Part shown: positions 12,686 through 25,778 of the stretch, one piece after another | Numbering within the stretch: the first letter of the stretch is position 1 | Layout of the letters: each line of letters opens with the position of its first letter | DNA from: Lingula anatina | Lineage: Eukaryota > Animalia > Brachiopoda | Assembly: GCA_051362555.1 (NCBI GenBank) | Contig: CM120640.1 | Span: forward strand, 53,918,788-53,982,787 | Length of the DNA: 64,000 nucleotides | Reading direction: 5' to 3' | Position numbers and translations under genes: made by a program | The notes under the pieces: model-generated | Database searches by the model: none | Told to the model about the DNA's origin: nothing | What the model saw: the letters and a program-made list of their open reading frames with translations, nothing else

Positions 12686-15600
12686 AACTGGAAGAATAAA
12701 AGTTTGAATAGCAGCTTCATTGGAATTATATTTACCTCAAGCTCTGCCAAGGAGGTTATATTTTCACCCCTGTTTGTCTGTCATCCACATAACACAAAAA
12801 GTTATGGACTGATTTTGCAGAAATTTTCAGGAACTGTCGGAAGTGGGCCAAAGAGGACAATGATTAATTTTTGGTGGTGGTCCGGATCAATAATCAATCA
12901 ATTATCAATAATAATCAACAATTGCTGCCTTGGCAGAGGTCTGCACTCTCAAAGTGCTTTTCTAGTTTTGTTGTTTTTCTTTATAATTTTTTCTCAAACA
13001 CTTGCATTTGTGACTTTTAGCCCCAGGCAGGCTCTCATCTGCCTGGGGCTCTGCACATTTTCTGTATTTCTACATAAGCAGTTGTATTGTTTTTTATGTC
13101 TTTAAACATTATGTAATATTATTTTATGCACTGTCATCATTTTTCAAATATTGAGACTTTCATAATGTGAATTTGAACTCTCATGGTCCTGAAACTGTAA
13201 TCTTATTGAAGGGGTGGATTGAGACCATCTTCTGGGTCTTCCGGAAGACAGTCAGGTTATTAAGTTTATATTGACTGGTATCTATTTTTTTCTGTTGGAA
13301 GACCATCAAAATGGAGGATGGATCAACATAGATACTTTGTAATACTGTCAGAAAATATCTCTGGGTCCGCTCCTGTTATTGACCATGTTACCTGTTGTGC
13401 AAGATTAAAATTCAGTGTTGACTGACAGTGCTATTATAAGCATTATTTATTATTGCATCAAAATTGACAAAATGACCTTTTTTGCATCTTTATTTTCTGT
13501 TTTTTGTCTGTACATTTGACAGCTTTGCTGCCTTGTCTCTATACTTGCTTAAATTTAAGAAAAACTTGCATCAAATTTTATAGAACAAAAGTAAAAAACA
13601 TTTTCTATTTAAGATTGATACATATATTGTAGAAGGGCCGCACTTCACTTTGGTTGTTTACTTTTGCAGATACTAAACTTGTAGTGTACAAGGTGCAGGA
13701 AAAAGAAGTCATGAAAATCTTGACAGAGGTAGCAGTGACCAGGAGAGAGGCTGAGATTGTAAGACATTTATACCTATAGAGAAATAATTCAAGAAATGGA
13801 CAAAAATGGTTAATTTTCAAATTTGAACGGGCATTGTACAAAAACTATGATGGATGCAATATCATGTACAGGTTTAATGTACCAAATTTTAATTCAAAAT
13901 GTTGTGTAGCTTTTAAAATAAAATGCTTCAAATTTTGTGCAAACCATAACACAAATGCCTTCAAGATTCTGACAAAAAACGAAGTGCATTGTGAAGTCAC
14001 CTTATGGTATTTGGGAAGCTGCTGGATGATCTTCCAATCAGGCCAGAAATACTTCATAGCTTTCGCAATTGTTGAGAAAATAGCCATGCAGATTATAGAA
14101 TGTCCAAAACATTTGGACAGTATAGATCATGCATCGTGATCTGTCAGTGTGAACAAAGCATACTGAGTTCTTTCCTATGCATTGAAGACACCATAAACAA
14201 GAATGTAAATGCCACTTTTAATACTGTTTCACTAGACGACGCCGAGTGTTTACATTAGGCATGCTGAGGAAAAAACAGTGAAGAAACACGTACTTCCAGT
14301 TTTCAGATTTCTTTGAAAGTGCAGGGGTTTATAAGAGTGGGTCTACTGGAAAATGAAGGTTTATCACATAATCAAAAAAACTGTTACATTTTTTATTTCC
14401 AAGATTTTACCCTCCATTGGTTATTCATTGGTAAGTCATAGTTACACACAAAGTGCATCAATCAATGAAAGTTATTATTTTCCTTGCAGAAATTGGATGA
14501 ACAAGATTTTGGAGAGAAGAAGGAAATCAACAAGAGGAAAAGATTAATGATAGAAGGAAAAGTACGTATAGTGTAGCATAGCATAGCAAGCATTTGGCAT
14601 ACCTAAGCAGTCATTGCATGTGTCAATGCAAAATTTTTATCCCCGTACTTTTGGGACAAAAGTCGGGGATCATGTTATCCCGCCCGTCCGTGCGTCTGTG
14701 TGTCCATGCGTCTGTGTGTTAGTAATTTCCGCTATCTCCTCCTAGATTATTGCAGGTAGGAAGTTGAAACTTTGGGAATTGGTAGACCCATCTTTAGGGA
14801 TGTGCATGGGCACATTGGAATTTTAGTGCAACAGGGGGTTGGGCTGTCCCTGGGGGGTAGTTGATTCAAAATTCTTATGACATTGTAATTTCTGCTATCT
14901 CCTCCTAGACTGGTAGAGATAGGAAATTGCAACTATGGGAATTGGAAGATCCATCATCAGGGATATGCATGGGCATTTTGGAATTTTAGTGCCACAGGGT
15001 GTTGGGCTTTCCCCGGGGGTGGTTGATTCTGTAATTTTCACTATCTCCTCCTAAACTATTGCAGGTAGGAAGTTGAAACTTTGGGAATTGGTAGACCCAT
15101 CATCAGGGATGTGCATGGGCACTTTGGAATTTTAGTGCCACAGGGTGTTGGGCTTTCCCCGGGGGTGGTTGATTCAAAATTCTTTTCACATTGTGATATC
15201 TGCTATCTCTACTTAGACCATTACAGATAGGAAACTGAAACTCTTGGAAGTGGTTTACCCATCATCAGGGATGTGCATGGGCTCTTTGGAATTTTAGTGC
15301 CACAGGGTGTTGGGCTTTCCCCGGGGGTGGTTGATTCTGTAATTTTCACTATCTCCTCCTAAACTATTGCAGGTAGGAAGTTGAAACTTTGGGAATTGGT
15401 AGACCCATCATCAGGGATGTGCATGGGCACTTTGGAATTTTAGTGCCACAGGGTGTTGGGCTTTCCCCGGGGGTGGATGATTCTAAATTCTTTTCACATT
15501 GTGATTTCTGCTATCTCCTCCTAGACCATCAGAGTTAGTAAGCTGAAACTTTGGTGAATAGTTTACCCATCATCAGGGATGTGCATGGGCACTTTGGAAT

Positions 15601-16372
15601 TTTAGTACAACAGGGGATTGGGCTGTCCCTAGGGGTGATTGATTCTAAATACTTATGACATTGAAATTTCTGCTATCTCCTCCTAGACCATTAGAGATAG
15701 GAAATTGAAACTATGGGAATTGGAAGATCCATCATCAAGGATGTGCATGGGCACTTTTGAATTTTAGTGCATCAAGGGGTTGGGCTGTCTCTGGGGGTTG
15801 GTTGATTCTAAATTCTTTTAAAATTGTAGATTTTTTTACGTTTATACTTTTAAATACCTTTGGATGAAGCAGTGATGTGTGTGTATGTGTGCGCGTACGT
15901 GCGTGTGTACGTGCATGTGTGGTAAGTGGTCCCTAGAATGAGCTGCTCTAGGGGGAAGTGCAGGGATATGCGATGGCTACCCATCGACACCATCTAGTTT
16001 CAAGATGTTGAGTGAATGATCCACTCTTTAAAGGGATAAGCCTTGAAACATAACAGAACTATAATTTTTAACATATTTTTCACTGTTATTATTGTATTTT
16101 GGGATGATAATGAAAAGGTTCATCACTTTGATAACTTGATGATGAACCAGTTTAACTACAACTTCTGAACACATACATAAGTGATACATAAGTGCTATTC
16201 TTTGGGGTCTCTTTATCTCTGCATGTCCATTATTGCTGTATACATTAAACACATAATTTAATTTCTTGCTTTTTAGGATCAAGACAAAGAAGGGAGATCT
16301 AAAAAAAGTAAAGTGAATAAAAATCTGAAAAAGAGGAAAAAGCCCACTGGGAAAAAATTCAGCTTGTCATAG
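3991..16372 (+). CDS. DDX49: DEAD-box RNA helicase DDX49 (Dbp8 ortholog), 12 exons
   Basis: join(3991..4135,4413..4536,5152..5237,5701..5822,6011..6189,7065..7205,7738..7890,8130..8227,8761..8835,13670..13758,14490..14561,16277..16372); GT-AG introns with consistent phases. Motifs: Q motif [66 protein letters not shown] and the C-terminal [20 protein letters not shown] match DDX49. Confidence 0.95.
6888..6962 (+). other. Degenerate tRNA-Gly-like sequence (tRNA-derived SINE head or tRNA pseudogene) in a DDX49 intron
   Basis: B box GGGTTCGATTCCC at ~6941, A-box-like gtctgtggtaa, anticodon-loop-like ctcccaa, followed by a T run. Stems are poorly paired, so this is not a functional tRNA. Confidence 0.5.
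12731..12967 (+). mobile_element. Short Helitron/Helentron-type non-autonomous repeat nested in the family A element
   Basis: Begins tttacctc..ctgccaaggaggttatattttc and ends ccttggcagaggtctgcactctcaaagtgcttttctagtt (sub-terminal inverted repeat, 3' hairpin, CTAG end). A decayed relative lies at ~4590-4780. Confidence 0.65.
13209..13375. mobile_element. ~170 bp hAT-like MITE
   Basis: Ends aggggtggat / gtccgctcctg, flanked by direct repeat ttattg. An inverted-orientation copy of the same sequence lies at 57593-57765. Confidence 0.7.
14633..16000 (+). mobile_element. Non-autonomous Helentron/DINE-1-like element with ~150-170 bp tandem core (family B)
   Basis: 5' subTIR atccccgtactt with nearby inverted copy aagtcggggat, a GTCC/GTCT-type microsatellite, and about seven tandem units (gctatctcctcctaga...gaaactttgggaattggtagacccatc...gggatgtgcatgggcac). 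Ends with 3' subTIR aagtgcagggat, hairpin cgatggctacccatcg and ctagttt. Confidence 0.8.
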
Positions 16373-17753
16373 TACTGAGCCTACCACTTGCACTTGCTAC
16401 ATTTTATCATCAGCATCTTAAGGATTTCTCATGAACTGCACAAATCTTCACAATATTGTCCAAAATGTAAACAGTACTGTGATAGCTTGGATAACAATTT
16501 ATACAGATGATAGGTATTTGAGAGAGCAAAACAGCCAAATCTATCCCCAGCAACTAGTCAACATGACAAAGCATTCAGTGGCATTTTAGTTTTAGACTGT
16601 GAGATTACACAATTTTTATAACAAGGTATATTTGTTACAAATATTCACTGTCTTGTCATGTCATATACCAAACTATTGTTCTAGAAGGAATGTATTATGT
16701 ATGGTTTATGGATCTTTTGCTAGAAGCTTAAGGGTTACATGGTTAGAAGTATCATATCATAGGTAAGAGACTCTGTCAAAACATAATAAATTATGATTAC
16801 ATGAGTTGTTATATATTCAACTGAACCATTTTGTATTTTCCAATCAAAAATCTTTTGGGCATATCTTTGAAAATAATTGTCTGAATTAAATTGCTGAATG
16901 ATTCCCCTACATAGTCTGAGTGCCTAAGGCCTTCCTAGTACATTGTTGGAATACAATTAAAGGAATTTTGACATCAAGAAAAATTCGGGTTGAAATACCC
17001 CTTTCTGTTGTCCCTATACTGATTATGCTGACGGGAAGGGATTGTAATCACACAGACCATGGAAAAGGGTTCATTTAGAACATTTTGAAGTGCATGATAC
17101 TGCAAGATTCTTGACCCCAGCATGTCCTTTTCTCTCTGTTTCTATCTCTCTTGTTCCTTCCACCGCCACTGAAAATTGCTGAGGAAATTAAATAAATGCT
17201 CTGTACTAAATTTCTTTACCGTCTAGTAAAGTATAGCAGGATGAAGTTAGTGATGGTGTGCATAAACAATAGCAAACATGCAGTTGTAAAAGTATGGTTA
17301 ATGCCAGTGTATAATTAAATGGAAGGTAATGCCAGTTATCTTCTGTTGAAATATGCTTAACAAGGTAGACATTTGATAAACAACAACAAACTTATAAAAA
17401 ACCAGTGTTACATGTTTGGATACCCGTGAACGGTTTTAACTCGACACAATTATCAAAAAATTAAATTATATTAAAGGGTAATAACTGCATAGAACTGCAG
17501 GTGCAGTGAATAGGCGCATCACAGGGTATAAGCAGATGTTTCCTGAAGACTAGCACTTGATCATACAATGGTCTTAGTACGCAGTTGTCAATGATAAATG
17601 AATGTTATTAACTTCATGCAATTTCAGTAATGCCAAGTTTTTTCCGGTAATACCAGAACCATCCAATATTGCAGGACGTGACTTGTGCATTCTTACGCCC
17701 ATCTTCCTAATTAGAAACACCAACTGTCTGTTCTGTTAGTGCATTGGCAAGAT

Positions 17754-19957
17754 TTATTTTTCATCTAAAACTTGCATGTTCGGTCCTTCTGCCGCGCACG
17801 TTTCCACTGGTATATCTGCCTTCTTGGCTGCCTCGTAGAATGCTATTTTATGTGCTGTCTCGGAGCGGTTAATTACGTTGAACAGAGGAAGCATGTCGAT
17901 TTTGAAAAACCCGGCAAATGGTTGATCAAGGTCCGACACAATATAACACAACATAGCGATGGAGAACACTGTGATCATGGCGATGACTAGCTCAAAGCGG
18001 TAGGATTTGCCGTCCACCATTAAAATCCCCAGATAGGCGCAGAGTCCAAGACTCTCTAAGATGATCCACCTGAAGCATGTTTTGCAAGTAAGGATGAGCA
18101 TTTCAAACACTGTAACGGTAGGGTATCGCAAGTTTGTTTCGCTATTTTCACAGACGAAGAAGTATGCAAAAGTTATGCCTAGAGGATATTTCAATATTAT
18201 TTAAAAATAATTTGTATATCCTAATTCAGAGGAAGACTGCGCAAACTTTAATGAAAGTGACGATTCAATTTGGGTCGTATTTGCATCGGGACCCTAACAA
18301 AAAAAAAAAATGCGTTACTTACTGTAAAGGATGCAGCCTGGTTCGAAATCCAGCAAGTTTATCATAATCTACCCCGATCAAGTCAACTACTATGGTGATG
18401 GCTTTGTTCATCAATACGACATCCACTTTGGCTGATATGTCATTTACGTCCACCTTTCGCAGCCGATCCAGAATGCCGTAGAGACTTTCTAGTAATGATA
18501 ATGAAATGATTATTTGAGAGTAATTATTTTAGAACAATTTCGTTATCTGTATGATTATGACTAATATCACGTAATTACGAGACTCAATTTGTATTCATTT
18601 TGACAGGTTTTATTGAAATGGATGGTCGAGGTTATGGAAAATTATAAATAAGTCTCCTTAAACACAATAACATGTACAGTAAGAGTCTACAAAAGAATGA
18701 AGATGGTCTTATAATGTAGTTTTGACTAGTAATGAAACATATACCTTTTGTGTGTATTGTGGGCTCGTGATGAAACTGACTCAATGGCCTATTGAGAATC
18801 TGAAAGGTCATCTGGATACATTCATCTTTGACAGAACGGTACACTTCCATCTTGTCGTCAGGAGACATGTGCACCTTGGACGTCATAGCAGTAAGCTCTC
18901 CAAGTAAGCCGATTTGATACAAGAAGCGTTTTCTGACCTCTCCCTGCTTCAAGGCAACACTTTGGAATACAAATCCAAACATGATGGCATATACCAGTCC
19001 GGACGGAGTGAGGAAACTTCGGATAGCATCATTGACATTCAGCGATTTCACATCCACGCCAAGATCTGTCCACAGGACATAAATCAGCCATGGTTGAAGG
19101 GAAAGAAATAGGGGACAGCAAGCCATTGTTATCGCGCATGGCAAAGCAACTTTAAGAAGTCCAGTTGGGCTGTTGATAGAATGCATCATTGCTCTTTTAA
19201 TTTCTTTGTCAAATGGGCTTAGAAATTCTACTTCATCTATGTCCTCGGGACGGATCTCTTTCCCGTGGCCTCTGTGGATTCTTAACAAACTAAATTTGCC
19301 ATCCTTAATATGATGCGTCGTAAAATACAAGTATGTCATTGCTGAAATTGAAATGATATTATCGTTATATAGTAATTGCATTTAATTGTTGGCAAGAAAT
19401 ACAGGTTAATTTTTTTTCAATAAAATCTTTTCTTGGCCATTTTTAACCTGACAACGTATTCTCATAATTAATTAGACGATCTCAATTAGTCCTATCGATA
19501 TTAACCGTTATTTCTTATGCTTAAAACCTACTAACATTTACTCTATTGATATTTTTATTGCAACTTATCCATTTAAATTGTTTTAAGTAAGGTGCAAGTG
19601 TGTCTTTGTTCTGTAGCAAGTATTCCTAAACAACCGTTTTAAATGTAACGTTATTTTTGCTGTCCTTTGCTGTTAATATTCTACATTTTTTAAATAATAA
19701 AAAAAAATATGGTAGATTCATGACGTTGAATTTTAAAAGGTGGCTACCAATGTGAAATACTGCGCATTCATCAAATGCTTACCAAAAGTTAAAAATGATA
19801 GAAATACAACCGGTGGAATAAAAATATCGTTGGTCGTTGGTTCATTTGGCACAACTGCTTCTGTTTCTGCTTCAGGTTCTGCACTTGCAGATATGCCCTG
19901 AATGGCAACTGATATTGTCATGCATAAAGTAAAAAACAGAATCCTTGACCACTCCAT
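17754..19957 (-). CDS. DUF4239/bestrophin-like multi-pass membrane protein, paralog A, 4 exons
   Basis: complement(join(17754..18069,18323..18488,18745..19341,19783..19957)); phases consistent. Signal peptide MEWSRILFFTLCMTISVAIQGISA, acidic linker, TM helix, then NDAIRSFLTPSGLVYAIMFGFVFQ and C-terminal TM pair ending YIVSDLDQPFAGFFKID, resembling DUF4239 as I recall it. Gene structure is firm; family call is from memory. Confidence 0.8.
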
Positions 19958-20339
19958 ATTGATTCGAATTGGAAGAGTCACGCAGGGTAAAAAAATGGCA
20001 ACCTGAAAATTTGCCTGAGATGTAAAACGCAGTTACGTCAGGGAAACGGAAACGTCATGAACGTCGTGTCTTAACGCTGAATACACCTAACAGCTCGTGT
20101 GTCGTTATGCCATTTTATTATGACGTGAATCTCAGTCCATTACCAATCACCAGTGACAAATCACATTACCAGTTACTTTACACTACTGCACTTTCTACTT
20201 TTTTCATGGAAAACCAATGAGTAACATCAGTTCACTGATTCTCAGTATATATATAAATCCAAATAAGTTTTTTTTTTTTTTTAAATTTTATCAAAAGTCA
20301 GGAACCGGAAGAATTGTTTGTCCAAGTGGAACTAACTTA

Positions 20340-20625
20340 CAGTGGCGGCTTTCGGGGAGTGTCATGGGGGTCCTGCCCCCCCCCCCCCCCCCCCCCCCCC
20401 CTTCGATTTCTGAAAAAATCATATCTATGGCCCCCTCTTGAAATTAGAATTTTGACTAGCTGAATCATATCTAAAGCGTACCAAATGGCACCGTTCGCCC
20501 TCTAAAATACCAAAATTTCTCGAGGCCCTTCGGCAGGTCCCGAGCCCCACTCCAGGGGGGGTTTGAAGGTTGGCTTCGCATCCGGTCATTCCTAAAAACC
20601 GGACCCCCCTTTTTTTCTAAATCGT
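20340..20625. mobile_element. Decayed CAGTGGCGG-type non-autonomous DNA transposon
   Basis: Starts cagtggcgg; GC-rich with a poly-C run and ggggtcc/ggacccc sub-terminal inverted motifs. Right terminus unclear. Confidence 0.45.
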
Positions 20626-21572
20626 GTGGTACAAGTACACTTAACTAGACCTATCCACTTTGAGAGATTGGGCAACTTAGTAGCCTGGGCACAGTTTCAT
20701 CAACACTGCATTCTACTATCCTATGGATAACATTATCCATTGGATAAAAATGTTATTCTCTGGACAGTTATCCTGCGAATAAAGTATTGTTTCAAAACGA
20801 TGGATTTTTTTTTCATTTTTTGGTCTCTGATATTGCTGTTCAGTGGCTTAAAAAGACTGCTATATTATGACATACCTGGTTATCACGTTAGAGAGTAACC
20901 TAACCGGAGCCAGATTTTTCTGGGCTCAAGTATAATTTCTCAATGTAATGGATACCAATCCATGCACAGGCTTTTTATTTTCACTATGCATATACTTCTA
21001 TCTTTTTACATTCACATTTTACAATTTTGAGAACCCGACTTCAGATACATATTTTAAACTCGACTCTCTGTACATTAACATTGATACAATTGTAAAGTAG
21101 TTTTAACTTTAAGTTCCTTTGCGTTTTATTTACCATATAAGCAGTGCAATGCTCATGCATGTACAAATATGCACATGTGAATACCACAAGATGCAATTTA
21201 CAGTTTATTGTGAGTGTTGGTGTGAAGTGTCTATCAGTTTTAGGAAACAACAAAATATAGATTTATTGAAGATAAATATTATAAGAAGAAAAATGCTTAA
21301 ATCCACAATCAAATTACAACTTATTTGTTTTCATGTTCTATTTCAAGATTTATCTTCAAAATCTATATCAATGTATTATGTATATTTTGAACATCAACAA
21401 CACAATGATATTTCGGGATATACGCAACAGGACGCGTTTTTATAAAAGCATCAACGACGCGTATTTAAGGAACACAAAGGCGCCAAAAAGTTTTGAAAAT
21501 CCACATGGATTCCAATTAGCTTAAGATTATTAGAATATTTACAGAATACTTATTGTTTAATTATTACCAACA

Positions 21573-24103
21573 TTATACTACTAGCACAGTGTCATCTTCA
21601 TCTAATTCGCCAGCCTCTTTGCCTGTGCTCAACTGCCATTCAGCGGTTACACCAATGTGCGTATAAGCCTCAAAATAAGCCTCTTCTGCACTGGTGATGA
21701 CGTCATAAAGAGGCTGCAGGTCAATACGAAAAAAGCCACTAAAGGGAAAGTCCATATCTGAGACAATGTAGCAAAGCATACTGATAGAAAACACTGTGAT
21801 CATGCAAATTAGCAGCTCAAATCGGTGTGACTTGCCATCCACCAACAAAATTCCCAAGAAAGCCAGGAAACCAAGCGATTCTAGAATCATCCACCTAAAA
21901 AAAAAAAAAAAAGTTGAGAAAGTAATAGACATTTCAAATGTCTGAAGGCCTGAAATATCTATAATCATTTGAAATATTTTTCATCCAATTTACGTGAAAA
22001 TCGTGATAATAATTTGACATTCATTGTTAGTGCAAAGTCGAAATATTCATATCTTACTGCAAAACGTGAAGCCTGGCATGAAATAGAGTCAGCTGGTCAG
22101 AATCTACACCGATGATTTCTGTGATGTTGGTGATGGCTTTGTTCATCAGCACCGCATCTACCTTGGAAGATTTGTCAGTAACATCAACTCGACGCAATTT
22201 ATCCAAGACACTGTAAAGACTCTCTGAAAAAAAAACATAGATTATATGTGTGTGTTTAAGATATTTTCTTAGTCAAATATATCGTTTTCAATCCTGTTTT
22301 GCTGCATGTGGTCCATTTTTCAGTTTTGAAAATTGAAGCGCTGTTTTAAAGTCTTTAAGTGTCCCTGTACTTACACTAGCAAAGGCTTTTGCAAATCTGT
22401 TTATTTGTATATTTGATTGTAGAGGGGATCGAGAAGTGATTAATATATAAATACTTTGACACATATAAGCATTATAACATCTTATTTCAGATGAGCAAAA
22501 TAAATGGATGTTTTACAACTATAAAATACATAGTCACCATTTGTAAAGAATGTATATAGATTCGAAACCCCGACCCCAAAGCCGTTAAACCCTACATCAT
22601 TTTAAAACCTGTAAATCTAATTTTGTAAAAGAGGGAGTATATGCATTTATGGGAATGTTTGAGAATTAATGAATGAAAAAAAAACGCAATATTTTTTCAT
22701 TTTGTAGGGAGAATATATACCCTCCATTTTTCCGGGTGGATCATTCTTGAATGAATCTTGTGATCTATTCAGAATATGAGACATCATACTGATACATTCA
22801 TCCTTAACTGATCGAAGCACTTCCATGCGGTCTTCTGGTAGAAAATGGAGTTTAGTTGTCATAGTGACAAGCTCCCCCATTAGTCCAACTTGGAACATTA
22901 ACCTCTTTTGGACTTCCTGCTGTTTTGCCGCCACAAACTGGAACACGAAGCCGAACATGATAGCATAGACCAGTCCCGATGGTGTAAGGAAACACTGGAT
23001 GGCGTCATTAATATTCAGAGTTTCGACATTAACACCCAAGCTTTGCCAAAAGCTTTCCAGTAGGAAACCGTGTGAATATAGGGTAAACGGACAAAACGCC
23101 AGTGATACGATGCAAGGTCCGGAAACTTTGGCAAGTTCAAAGGGGTGGTTGGGATATTTCCTTAGGCACTTTTGGACTTCATCATCAAAGGGAGAAAGGA
23201 ATGGTTCAATCGCTGGGTGTTTTTCATAGTTAACTATCTCAGAACGCTCCAAATTTAGCTCTCCGCCTTTCCATATTTGCGACTTAAAAAAAAGTCCCGC
23301 CAAAGCTGAAAAAAAAATAGCACAAAAAACTTTATACAAAATATCATATGCAGTTTTAAAATTTTACCAGATTAAATTTAATTTTAAATTACTTGACAAA
23401 GGCCTATGGCTTAATGTAACTTCTCTCCATTGTGCATTTCGGCATATGTACTTGTAAGAAACCCGTCAAATGTTAATTTTACAGTTAACGTTACATCTGA
23501 ATACGATTTTTAAAAATTAGTAGCATGGATTTTTGATAAACAAAGGAAACAAATTGGAAATATACATGTGCATTTCAATATACAAAATTAGAATCAAAAT
23601 TTAGTGCGTTCATCATGATGCGCTATGTAAGTTTATACAGCATAAACAAGCATTTAAATTCAGACAAAACAATAAATTAACTTGATTATAAAATTCAAAA
23701 AAATATCGTAGGAGTTCGCTTGTCTAATACTCCGTATTCGCCCTTTATTGCAGATACTTATAGCACAATTAGGCTTAATTAATACCATGCATTTTATTCA
23801 TTTTAAATTAAAAGATAGATAAATAACCTGATAGGACATTTCCCATATAACAACACAAAGTGCAACGTTGCCATATCATACAATAGCCATACCAAATATG
23901 ATTAAAGCAATAAACGTGAACGGAGGTGCTAGAATCGGACCGGCTTCTCTTGGTTCAGGTGTTGATTCTGCTTCTGATTCTGATTCTGATTCTGATTCTG
24001 GTTCAGGGGACGTGCTAGTACATTCCACATTAAGCAAACTGGATGCTAAAACACTGAACAAAATCCACAGAAGAAGAAAATGCCATGCCGGCCGATTTGC
24101 CAT
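21573..24103 (-). CDS. DUF4239/bestrophin-like multi-pass membrane protein, paralog B, 4 exons
   Basis: complement(join(21573..21894,22058..22223,22721..23305,23893..24103)). Same intron positions and phases as paralog A (exon 3 is 166 nt in both). Signal peptide, (ES)n acidic linker, TM, NDAIQCFLTPSGLVYAIMFGFVFQ, YIVSDMDFPFSGFFRID. Confidence 0.8.
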
Positions 24104-24459
24104 TGTTTTGCACGATGTTATTGCATTTCCATATAATGGCTACTACTGGCTTTTGGCATCGAGCGTTTCTTTACGCCGCAAGACGTCAACGATATTAGAT
24201 TACGCTAGTATGCGTATGCACGAGCGGAAGACGTGTAACGTGAATTGTGACGTATACATATTACAGTGAATGCACTGTATGTCAATATGGAAGATAGTAT
24301 GGACATTCATGCATTGACGCTCTTTTTTGTATCCACTCGTATGTACGTTATCACTCATTCTAAATATTCAAAATATCAGTCCATTAAACATTTTTTAATT
24401 TTATTAAAAGTAAGCGAGCGGAAGAATTGTTTGTTCAAGTGGGACATAAATAACATCAG

Positions 24460-24460
<1 letters not shown>

Positions 24461-24514
<54 letters not shown>
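24461..24514. repeat. (AAT)n microsatellite
   Basis: Read directly. Confidence 0.95.
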
Positions 24515-24516
<2 letters not shown>

Positions 24517-25306
24517 CGTGGGCTACTTAATTTTAAACATTCGTTGCTGTCGCTCGCAACACCATCTCTAATTCTACGATCTAGTTTATTTTTACGAAAG
24601 TAGAAAATCCGCAGCTTGTCAGGAAGCGACTATGATGTTTTAGAGTCTAGATCTACCTCTCAAAAAATGTGTAGAATGTTTCTTTTAAATAACTCAACAA
24701 GGTGTCGCCAGGTTTTTAAAAATTGAAAAAAAAAAAAAAAAAAAAAACATTCATTACATCTTTTGGCGCAAGTTATCATTTTTAAGTGTTTGATGTATTT
24801 GTAATATTTTAGCCATTAATGAAATCTTCAGTTAAGTTACATCCACGATTAACTAGAGGATAGGAAACGCGGCAAAACTGCATTCACTTAAAAATGAACA
24901 CTAAATATAGTAAAAAAAAATTAAAACATAAAAAGGGTCCAAATCAGTTATGAATTTGATAAAATCGCGATAACCAGACTTTGTTTTAGCTCCGGTCCGG
25001 TGTGGGGGTGTGAACGGTATGCAGGTCCGCAGGAGACACCTTCCAGTGTTCAGGGGGCTTAGACTAACCTCTCAAATGCATATTTGATACAATAATAGTT
25101 AAAGGCATCTCATTTTACCTTGCAAACGGTTTTCAAACAGTTTTTTCGGACACGCGTAGCACTGTATTTCAATGTTTGCTTATAAAATTATTGGTGAAGT
25201 TAACGTTGAATTAGTCTCGTCTTTGTGACAAAAGAACACCTAACACCTGTCGGTGACAAGTGAAATTAGGTCATTGCCCGTAGTTACTGTAAACTAATCC
25301 GTCAAG

Positions 25307-25695
25307 ATGGCGATGGCTCCGGACGCAACCAGCTACATCAAATCGGAGTACACCAGCAATTATACATGGGAGCCTACACGACATGGCCCATATGCATGGT
25401 GAGTTTAATGACATGAAAATGAGCTTCTGTCAAGGGTTTGCTTATTGTGTTATGTTTGCGATTTGTTAGTTAGCAGAAGAATGTTTATGGCTATAGCCTA
25501 CCGTCTCACATTGTTACTGCATGTAGTTATGTTATCTGTAGAGTTAAATACCCCGTACCCAACTTGAACAAAGAGAGGGTTTGCGAGTGAGGTGCTATTG
25601 AAAAGTTCATTCTTATGTGCAGAGTAATGAATTTCGATCCAGATTGCAGATGTAAAACGTTATAAACCATAATAGGCCTAATTTTATTACCGAAT

Positions 25696-25778
<83 letters not shown>

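Larger units (their letters stand above)
9799..13537 (+). mobile_element. Non-autonomous Helentron/DINE-1-like element with internal tandem arrays (family A)
   Basis: 5' palindrome tgtacagacacagatgtgtctgtaca after a T run, then a (GTCGCC/GTC)n microsatellite, five ~161 bp repeats (from ~9907, 10068, 10229, 10391, 10554) and three ~337 bp repeats (from ~11101, 11438, 11775). The 3' end gtctgtacatttgacagctttgctgccttg repeats the sub-terminal motif and has a short hairpin. Related copies at ~47900-49160, ~53540-54115 and ~5380-5680. Confidence 0.75.

Noticed and set aside
9907-15830. Regularly spaced repeats that might suggest a CRISPR array
   Set aside because: Units are 150-340 bp full tandem copies without unique spacers, inside introns of a eukaryotic gene, with no cas genes.
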